Assembly: GCA_965116925.1 (NCBI GenBank)
Contig: OZ220744.1
Coordinates: 5,984,001-6,048,000 of the forward strand
DNA: 64,000 bases
Source of the DNA: Candidatus Poribacteria bacterium
GTDB lineage: Bacteria > Poribacteria > WGA-4E > PCPOR2b
Direction of reading: 5' to 3'
In this document: positions 57,116 through 64,000 of the stretch, piece after piece
Layout: every line of letters begins with the position of its first letter
How positions within the stretch are numbered: the stretch's first letter is position 1
Made by a program: the position numbers and the translations under genes
The notes under the pieces: generated by a model
Told to the model about the DNA's origin: nothing
The model's database searches: none
What the model saw: only the letters and a program-made list of their open reading frames with translations

Positions 57116-58228
57116 ATGAAAATTACCGAAATTGAAGCCTTACATCTGCGCTTGCCTGTTGTTCAAGAGGTCGCCGACGGTACCCAAGACTGTCTCATTG
57201 TGCGGGTGCACACCGACGCCGGACTCACCGGGTTAGGGGAGGTGGTCTCCTGCTCGTATGTCGCCCGGGCGGTTATTGAGGCACCGCGCTCCGCACCTTT
57301 TCGGCATGGGTTGGCTTCCATCGTCAAGGGCATGGACGTGGAGGATATAGACGCCGTGTCACGGGCAATGATCGAAGGCACAGCTTGGTACGGCCCCGGT
57401 GGCGTTACCCGCCAGGCAATGAGTGGGATCGATATGGCACTGTGGGATCTCCGTGGTAAAGCGATGGGGGTGCCCGTCCGTGCGTTACTCAGCGAGACCC
57501 CGGTTGACGCAATACCGTGTTATGCTAGTGTTCTCTGGCCCGACCGTCCAGAGTTGATGGCAGCGTCTGCACAGGAATTCTTGGAACAAGAGTACCGGGC
57601 GGTGAAATATGGTTGGGCACCGATGGGACCAGACCCGGACCTAGACGAGGCGTTGGTTGCCGCCGCACGCGACGCGCTGGGCCCTGAAATAGACCTGATG
57701 GTAGATGCTGGCCGCGCTTGGGATGTAGGAACAGCACTGGAGCGTGTTGAGCGGTTTCAGAAATACAATGTTTTCTGGCTTGAAGAGCCGTTGAACCCTT
57801 ATGACACGGTAGGGTACAAGACCCTCTCCGAATCATCGTCAATACCGATTGCTGCCGGCGAGGCGGTGACGTTAATTGAGGAGTACAAGACCTTGCTCAT
57901 AGATGGCGGAATACAGGTGGTTCAGCCCGATCTGGGGCGAGTTGGAGGTATTACAGGGGGAAAACAGATTGCCACTCTGGCACAAGATACCGGTGCGTGG
58001 GTCGTTCCTCATGCCTTTGGGACCGGTGTCCTACTCGCTGCTTCTGCCCAATGGGCTGCCTCTTCCGAAAAGCCGATGACCGAATTTACGCGCGCGCCGT
58101 CTCCGCTGGCGCAAGACCTAGTTAATCACAGCATGAGTTTCCACGACGGGGAATTGCACCTAACTGATGCCCCGGGGTTGGGCGTGGAATTAGATGCGAA
58201 GGTGGTAGAAGCATATCGGGTGAGCTAG
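57116..58228 (+). CDS. Mandelate racemase/muconate lactonizing enzyme family protein
   Basis: DMALWDLRGK, MVDAG, WLEEP, AGE and QPD motifs. Confidence 0.9.
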   Translation: MKITEIEALHLRLPVVQEVADGTQDCLIVRVHTDAGLTGLGEVVSCSYVARAVIEAPRSAPFRHGLASIVKGMDVEDIDAVSRAMIEGTAWYGPGGVTRQAMSGIDMALWDLRGKAMGVPVRALLSETPVDAIPCYASVLWPDRPELMAASAQEFLEQEYRAVKYGWAPMGPDPDLDEALVAAARDALGPEIDLMVDAGRAWDVGTALERVERFQKYNVFWLEEPLNPYDTVGYKTLSESSSIPIAAGEAVTLIEEYKTLLIDGGIQVVQPDLGRVGGITGGKQIATLAQDTGAWVVPHAFGTGVLLAASAQWAASSEKPMTEFTRAPSPLAQDLVNHSMSFHDGELHLTDAPGLGVELDAKVVEAYRVS

Positions 58229-58296
58229 AGCATCGCAGCAGAAGCGATATTTGCGCCGAGCGTTACTCGGACACTAAATAAAAGGAAATTCATCCA

Positions 58297-59838
58297 TTGG
58301 CATCACTCGCACTTGAACTGCACGGCATCACGAAAGCGTTTGGGAACAATCTCGCTGTAGATGGCGTGGACTTCGCATTAGAACAGGGGGAGATTCACAC
58401 TTTACTCGGTGAAAACGGGGCGGGTAAGTCCACGTTGATGAACCTGATCTACGGCTTGTATCAGCCTGATGCTGGGGAGATTCTGATAGACGGGAAATCG
58501 AGCCTTGTCGATTCCCCAAAGACGGCAATTACCTTGGGGTTAGGCATGGTGCATCAGCACTTTATGCTTGTGCCTTCGTTGAGTGTGGCTGAAAATATTG
58601 CCCTCACTTCTGAACGTGGCAAATTCCAGTTTCGGCGAAAAGCAGCAGAGGAGAATGTCCAGCATCTTTCTACCCGTTACGGTTTGTCCATCTCACCACA
58701 GATGAAGGTCTGGGAGCTTTCGGTCGGGCTTCAGCAGCGGGTTGAAATTCTCAAGGCACTTTCAGCGGATGCCCGAATTCTCATCCTTGATGAACCGACC
58801 GCGGTTCTATCCCCACAAGAGATCTCAGAACTGTTCGCCATCCTGCGTCGGCTCAAGTCTGATGGTCATTCCATTATCTTCATTAGTCATAAGTTGAAGG
58901 AGGTAATGGAAATCAGCGATCGGATTACTGTATTACGTAATGGCAGGCGTGTTGCGACGACGGCGGTCGGTGACACCTCTCCTACCCATTTAGCAGAACA
59001 GATGGTCGGGCATGAGTTCCCAGAAATTCAGCGAAGCGCCCAATCCCATGGTCCTCCAATCCTTGAAATCCGCAATTTAACCGTTACAGACCATGATGGT
59101 CGTCGGGTCGTTGATGGTCCCTCATTTGATATTTGCGCCGGTGAAATTGTGGGGATCGCTGGTATTGATGGCAATGGACAGATCGAGATTGCCGAGACGA
59201 TTGTTGGACTCCGCAGGTCTCAGAGCGGTTCTGTCCGTTTTAAGGGGGAAGCAATCACCAACCTTCCGACGAGCAAAAGTCGCCAGTTGGGATATGGCTA
59301 TATCCCCGAAGATCGACAGAACGCCGGACTTATCCTGAGTTTCACGATCGCGGAGAATCTGATTCTCAATGTGCATCGGCTTAAGGGGTATCGGTCAAAA
59401 CTTTTGAAGGATTGGGGGGCGTTTTTAGATCTTAAACGGATTGACGCTGATAGCGAGGAACTCATCCAAAGCTATGATGTGCGGACGACCCACACCCAGG
59501 CACCGGCGGGATCGTTATCTGGGGGAAATCAGCAGAAGGTTGTTATCGCGCGGGAACTCTCGCAGGAGCCAGAACTGTTGATAGCTGTCAATCCGACCCG
59601 CGGGTTAGACATCGGTGCCGCTGACTACACACATCAGCAGTTTTTGGAACAACGTCGGAAGCAACGAGCTGTTTTACTGATTTCGACAGAACTTGACGAG
59701 GTCTTAGCACTGAGTGACCGAATCTTTGTCATGTATAGAGGTGGATTGACTGAGGTGACCGAGTTTCGGGATGACCTATCTAGGATCGGTTTGTTGATGA
59801 CAGGGAATTGGCAAAGTGAATTGGAGCAAGCGAGTTAA
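58297..59838 (+). CDS. Nucleoside/sugar-type ABC transporter ATP-binding protein (two NBDs)
   Basis: GENGAGKST, LDEPT and LSGGNQQK motifs. Confidence 0.93.
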   Translation: MASLALELHGITKAFGNNLAVDGVDFALEQGEIHTLLGENGAGKSTLMNLIYGLYQPDAGEILIDGKSSLVDSPKTAITLGLGMVHQHFMLVPSLSVAENIALTSERGKFQFRRKAAEENVQHLSTRYGLSISPQMKVWELSVGLQQRVEILKALSADARILILDEPTAVLSPQEISELFAILRRLKSDGHSIIFISHKLKEVMEISDRITVLRNGRRVATTAVGDTSPTHLAEQMVGHEFPEIQRSAQSHGPPILEIRNLTVTDHDGRRVVDGPSFDICAGEIVGIAGIDGNGQIEIAETIVGLRRSQSGSVRFKGEAITNLPTSKSRQLGYGYIPEDRQNAGLILSFTIAENLILNVHRLKGYRSKLLKDWGAFLDLKRIDADSEELIQSYDVRTTHTQAPAGSLSGGNQQKVVIARELSQEPELLIAVNPTRGLDIGAADYTHQQFLEQRRKQRAVLLISTELDEVLALSDRIFVMYRGGLTEVTEFRDDLSRIGLLMTGNWQSELEQAS

Positions 59839-59854
59839 TAGGAGAAATACCTAA

Positions 59855-60517
59855 ATGTTGCTAACACAGAAGGTAGCTAGTGAAAACATAGAAATGCGAG
59901 CATTTGGATGGGCGTTACGGTTGACCGCATTTACGATCGGCTATAATTTCTTAGAAGGGACAGTGTCAACCTTGCTAGGATTTCAAGACGAAACGCTCGC
60001 TCTTTTCGGTTTCGGGGTCGATAGCTTTATTGAGGTAATCTCAGCAATCGGTATCGCCCACATGATTACACGCATCCGCCGTTTTCCAGATGTATCAAGG
60101 GATAGATTTGAAATCACGGCGCTGCGTATTACGGGAACCTGTTTTTATCTCCTAACGGTGGGTCTTGTTGTTACCGCAATGCTCAATATCGTTCAAGGTC
60201 ATCAACCTGAAACGACCTTCTGGGGGATTATCATTGCAGTAACTTCAATTATTACGATGTGGATTCTAATCGTTTTGAAGATGAAGGTTGGAAAACAGTT
60301 AGATTCCCAACCTATCATTGCTGATGCGAAGTGCACGAAAGTATGTCTTTATATGTCGTTTGTCCTATTAGCGTCAAGTCTCATCTACGAACTGACGCAC
60401 GTAGGCTACTTAGATAGTATAGCTGCTTTGGGAATTGCCTATTTTTCAGCAAGGGAAGGAAAAGAGGCATTTGAAAAGGCACAAGGTAAAGCCTCATGCT
60501 GTGATTGTGAAGAATAG
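59855..60517 (+). CDS. Cation diffusion facilitator-like membrane protein
   Basis: FGVDSFIE and ADAKCT motifs; about six TM segments; Cys-rich tail CCDC. Confidence 0.8.
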   Translation: MLLTQKVASENIEMRAFGWALRLTAFTIGYNFLEGTVSTLLGFQDETLALFGFGVDSFIEVISAIGIAHMITRIRRFPDVSRDRFEITALRITGTCFYLLTVGLVVTAMLNIVQGHQPETTFWGIIIAVTSIITMWILIVLKMKVGKQLDSQPIIADAKCTKVCLYMSFVLLASSLIYELTHVGYLDSIAALGIAYFSAREGKEAFEKAQGKASCCDCEE

Positions 60518-60672
60518 AACTTATGCAGCACGTTCATAAGTCCCCCTGATAAGGGGGATTTAGGGGGTTAAAAATCAAGGTTCATATAAAAAGAGAGCGC
60601 GAAGCTAAACCGAGTTTTTTCTTCAAAACTCGGTTTCTGTTACACGACTGAAGTACGTGGATCCTATCCAGA

Positions 60673-61659
60673 TCAAGCCTCCTTGTCTGTCAGGAATCGA
60701 CGGAACCATTCGACCATCCGCTCAAAGTATTCGGGGAGAAAGCGATGGTTGCCGTTTGGCTGATAGACTTTGAATCGTTCCGGATGTCCCGATAATCCGT
60801 AGGCCGGCTCCACAACCTGAATCAGTTCATCTACTCCCTCGCAGGGCATATCCTCGTCCTGTGTGGGTGCGACCATCATGAATGGACGCGGTGGTATACA
60901 CGCAGCGACAACCTCCGGATGGTCAAAGTAGCGGAGCATGTGCGGGATGAAGAAGTAGGCACTATGGCGTTCGATGTCTCCTTTGTGGATAAGGCTTGCC
61001 ATACGTCCCAGACCACCGCATATTGGCGCACCCGCTCGAATCCACGGTGCAGCTGCCATCGCGTACCACGTCGCATTCCCGCCGAGCGACATACCCGTAA
61101 TCCCGATGTTATCAGAATTGACCGCGTCGCTTGCTGCAAGGATGCGCGCTGCCCTCAGCGTTTCTTCGACAAGGATTCCCATCTGTGGACGACCATAGGG
61201 GGTGAGGAGTTTGCCTTCAAGATTCCACTGTTCTATGCTAGGGCGTCGGGTGACGCTCCCTTTAGGTGAAATCGCTAGTGTTGCGAAGCCACGTCGTGCC
61301 AGTTCACGTGCCCAACCGATCAACATACCGGGTGGGTCTTCCTCCAGAAAAAACTGCTGATATGCAATCTTTTCGGCGGAGCCGCCTGTTCCGGGTACAC
61401 AAACGACACCGGGCAGTTTTTGACTCGACGCCTTGAGCGGGATCATGAGAATCCCCGGAACTGTTTCGCCGAGCGAGTTTGCGTAGGTCAGTTGGGTAAC
61501 GCGGATACCCTCCTCAGCCTGCGTTCCTCCTACCGTGAAATCAACCTTTGTGGGAATCTCGTCCAACCCCAGCAGCTCTAGTAGTTTTGAGCGCACTGCG
61601 TCTTTTGGAACATCTACCGGGAACGCCGGTCGGATGTCCTTTGGAATAACGTTAGACAT
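60673..61659 (-). CDS. Alpha/beta hydrolase (dienelactone hydrolase-like)
   Basis: GMSLGG nucleophile elbow; Asp and His near the C-terminus. Confidence 0.85.
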   Translation of the reverse strand: MSNVIPKDIRPAFPVDVPKDAVRSKLLELLGLDEIPTKVDFTVGGTQAEEGIRVTQLTYANSLGETVPGILMIPLKASSQKLPGVVCVPGTGGSAEKIAYQQFFLEEDPPGMLIGWARELARRGFATLAISPKGSVTRRPSIEQWNLEGKLLTPYGRPQMGILVEETLRAARILAASDAVNSDNIGITGMSLGGNATWYAMAAAPWIRAGAPICGGLGRMASLIHKGDIERHSAYFFIPHMLRYFDHPEVVAACIPPRPFMMVAPTQDEDMPCEGVDELIQVVEPAYGLSGHPERFKVYQPNGNHRFLPEYFERMVEWFRRFLTDKEA

Positions 61660-61676
61660 TCACCCTCTCCGATCTC

Positions 61677-62420
61677 CTACTTCAATCGCAGAATCTCACG
61701 CTGTGCCTCTGACAGAGCATCCATGACATGGTCGCTAAAGACTAAGCTCTGACCACCCCAATCGGGCATGTAGCCAATGCTGTAACAGTAATACAGGGTC
61801 CGGCGTGGACGTTTCGAGGTGTTTACGAACGAGCCGTGTGTCAAAGCTTCGGTGAAGATAATGGCGTCGCCTGCTTTTGCGGGGATGGGTGTCAACACCG
61901 GATTTTCTTCAGGGTGGTTGCCCCAGGGCCTGACAAAGTTGCTCTTGTGCGCCCCCGGAATGACGGCAAAGCAGCCGTCCTCAACATCGCAATCCAGCAA
62001 CGGAAACACAGCTTTGGTCAACGTCGAGACCATTTGACCGTTGCGGCAATGGTACTGACATTTCGGGATGATAGGGGTGCCGTTCATGTGCAGCCCCGTA
62101 TAACCACCACCCCACCGGTAAATTGTGTAGGTATGGTTGAGCCGGTACGGACCGCCGGTCACACCTTCGACAACATCCAATACTTCAGGAAGATCGATCA
62201 ATGGATTGAAAACGGGATCGGCTTCGAGGATATTGGAGATATAGAGTTCCTTTTCTGTCTTTGGTGTGCCGAGGCAGAGCGGCGGCGGATAGTCCTCCGG
62301 CGGCATATCTTCCAAGGGGTTTAATGCCTTGTTGCACGCTTCTACTACAGATTGAGGCACTACATCTTCCAAGACTATGTAGCCTTGCAGGTCAAATAGA
62401 TATTTTTGTTCTTCTGTCAC
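61677..62420 (-). CDS. PhyH family dioxygenase
   Basis: FDLQGY, IPGAHKSN and THG...RR motifs. Confidence 0.85.
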   Translation of the reverse strand: MTEEQKYLFDLQGYIVLEDVVPQSVVEACNKALNPLEDMPPEDYPPPLCLGTPKTEKELYISNILEADPVFNPLIDLPEVLDVVEGVTGGPYRLNHTYTIYRWGGGYTGLHMNGTPIIPKCQYHCRNGQMVSTLTKAVFPLLDCDVEDGCFAVIPGAHKSNFVRPWGNHPEENPVLTPIPAKAGDAIIFTEALTHGSFVNTSKRPRRTLYYCYSIGYMPDWGGQSLVFSDHVMDALSEAQREILRLK

Positions 62421-62495
62421 TGTCTCCGCCTCCTTAGTTATTGGTTGTTCTGTTTGGAGATTGATTTTGATTTGACAATTTTTTTCCTATGAACG

Positions 62496-63323
62496 CTAGG
62501 GCCACTGCGTTTCAAACGCATCGGTTCCATCACCATATACCAATTTGCCATACGCTTCCCAAAGCGGGAGATTTTGTGAAAGGTGTTCCGCACCCTTCAG
62601 GGCGATTAGGTTCTCCTTCAATTGTGCCGGTGTGGTTGGTGCGGTTAATGCAATGTGGACAGCGGGATGGTGCAGGACGTATTGATAGCAGTCTGCAGCG
62701 GTTGGCACGGTCCCGTCCCAATCTTGATGACCTGTCAGCAGCGATCCCCACCGTGTGCATGTAAATGCAACGACCGGAACGCCAGCGTTAAGTGCTGCAG
62801 GAAGCACCTGTTCTTCCGCGCCTCGATGCGCCATGTTATAGCGGTGCATAAGCACATCAATGCGACCGCTCTCAATGAGCTCTACTGCCATGGGTCGGTT
62901 ATGCGATGTGGCACCGACGTAACGGATGCGCCCCTCTGCTTTCCACCGGTGGAGTTCGTCAAACACACCCCCTGCACCGAGCAGCGTTTCCATGTCATCA
63001 CCAGGAGAGACATACTCTGCGTAGAAGACATCTACTGTGTCCACCTCCAGTTGACGATGCACCTGATCGAGGTAGGAATTCAACGTTTTGAGGTTGCGGG
63101 ATTCGCTTCCCGTTGCCACGACTGTTGACTCTCGATTGTCGCGTAGCACGGATTTCAATTCGTCGATAAGTATGGGATATGACTGATTATAGAAGAAGTA
63201 GTAATTAATACCCGCATCATACGCTGCGGTAACACAGCCTTCCTCCATATTCGGGTTGCCAGCCAGACCGAGTGGCTGTACCGGTTGATTCATCAGGGTT
63301 GTTATCTTGGCGTCTTTTTCCAT
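62496..63323 (-). CDS. Aldo/keto reductase family protein
   Basis: GRIRYVGATSH and RYNMAH motifs. Confidence 0.82.
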   Translation of the reverse strand: MEKDAKITTLMNQPVQPLGLAGNPNMEEGCVTAAYDAGINYYFFYNQSYPILIDELKSVLRDNRESTVVATGSESRNLKTLNSYLDQVHRQLEVDTVDVFYAEYVSPGDDMETLLGAGGVFDELHRWKAEGRIRYVGATSHNRPMAVELIESGRIDVLMHRYNMAHRGAEEQVLPAALNAGVPVVAFTCTRWGSLLTGHQDWDGTVPTAADCYQYVLHHPAVHIALTAPTTPAQLKENLIALKGAEHLSQNLPLWEAYGKLVYGDGTDAFETQWP

Positions 63324-63374
63324 AGGCTGCTCCCGTGTTTTCTATCTCACAATAGCTTTATATCATACATCTCC

Positions 63375-63402
63375 ATTATATACCTTTGGGATGCTATGTC
63401 AA
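63375..63402 (-). promoter_or_regulatory. Putative sigma70 promoter for the AKR-PhyH-hydrolase operon
   Basis: Minus strand reads TTGACA-16 nt-TATAAT. Confidence 0.65.
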
Positions 63403-63542
63403 CCAAAATTTTCTATACATCTACTCGGAGATATGGTAACATGACTCATGCGGGATTGAACGTAGAAAATTAGCGAGTATAGACATGGAGATAGAGAAAC
63501 CGAGTTTTTTTGGCAAAACTCGGTTTCTGTGCCTTGTTCGTA

Positions 63543-64000
63543 TTAAGATGGCAATTCGGAGCGGTCCACCGAACTACTGTCGAGGTCCGAGACATAAAAG
63601 ATCAGCCCAACAAGAAACCAGAAAATCAGCAGTGGTCGTTGGTGAAGAATCTGATCAGCAAGCCCGTAGACAAGGGCAGAAATCAGGAAACCGCTGCCCC
63701 CGATGAACAAGCCAGAGCACCAGAAATCGTCCCTCTTGCGTAAATCAAAAAGCCGACGGAAGATTAGAAAGAGTATTGCTAAAAACAGAATGAGCGATGG
63801 AATCCCCTGTTCAACGGCGATGTGCAGGTAGATGTTATGGGCGTGATACGGTTTGTGATGAATGTCTGCCGGGGCATGTAGTTGGTATTCATAACGAAAC
63901 CTTCCCAAACCGATACCGGTGATAGGATACTTCGCTATCAGTTGGGCGGACGTTCTCCACCATAGGGGACGCTCGCTCATAAAGCCTGATGGGCGTTGGC
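63543..64000 (-). CDS. O-antigen ligase (WaaL/Wzy_C) family protein, C-terminal part; 5' end outside the window
   Basis: PITGIGLG and HAHNIYL...EQG motifs. Confidence 0.85.
   Translation of the reverse strand, partial: QRPSGFMSERPLWWRTSAQLIAKYPITGIGLGRFRYEYQLHAPADIHHKPYHAHNIYLHIAVEQGIPSLILFLAILFLIFRRLFDLRKRDDFWCSGLFIGGSGFLISALVYGLADQILHQRPLLIFWFLVGLIFYVSDLDSSSVDRSELPS

Overview
A 64 kb bacterial chromosomal window of about 50 CDS. Most are catabolic or accessory genes: three PhyH-type dioxygenases, three Gfo/Idh/MocA oxidoreductases, two mandelate racemase/enolase-family enzymes, a GH4 hydrolase, and TPR, VWA and Uma2 proteins. Housekeeping genes include hflK-hflC-lipA, gpsA and a cytochrome b. 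Intergenic regions are crowded with REP-like hairpins and at least three MITE families. The gene mix resembles Ca. Poribacteria, which is an inference only. The main result is a selenium locus at about 33.2-36.6 kb that the ORF track splits at in-frame TGA codons. It contains a cobalamin-independent methionine synthase II (MetE-like) protein whose Zn-ligand Cys in the H-x-C motif is replaced by TGA followed by a SECIS-like hairpin (candidate new selenoprotein), a 68-aa unknown ORF, a Sec-containing SelD with its own SECIS-like hairpin, and a SenB-type selenosugar synthase, with no SenA in the window. Directly upstream is an ADH/DUF59/amidohydrolase trio of the kind seen in propane-monooxygenase clusters. 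Other notable items: an accessory island (25.8-29.5 kb) divided by alternately oriented dif-like 11-6-11 sites; a vWA/PP2C/kinase (TerY-P-like) triad; an Rpn-like gene with an internal start and a duplicated C-terminal module; a RelA/SpoT zinc-finger domain fused to a DUF2250-like domain; and a TPR-antitoxin chimera followed by a dead RelE-like toxin. All family calls come from motif recognition by eye; no searches were run.
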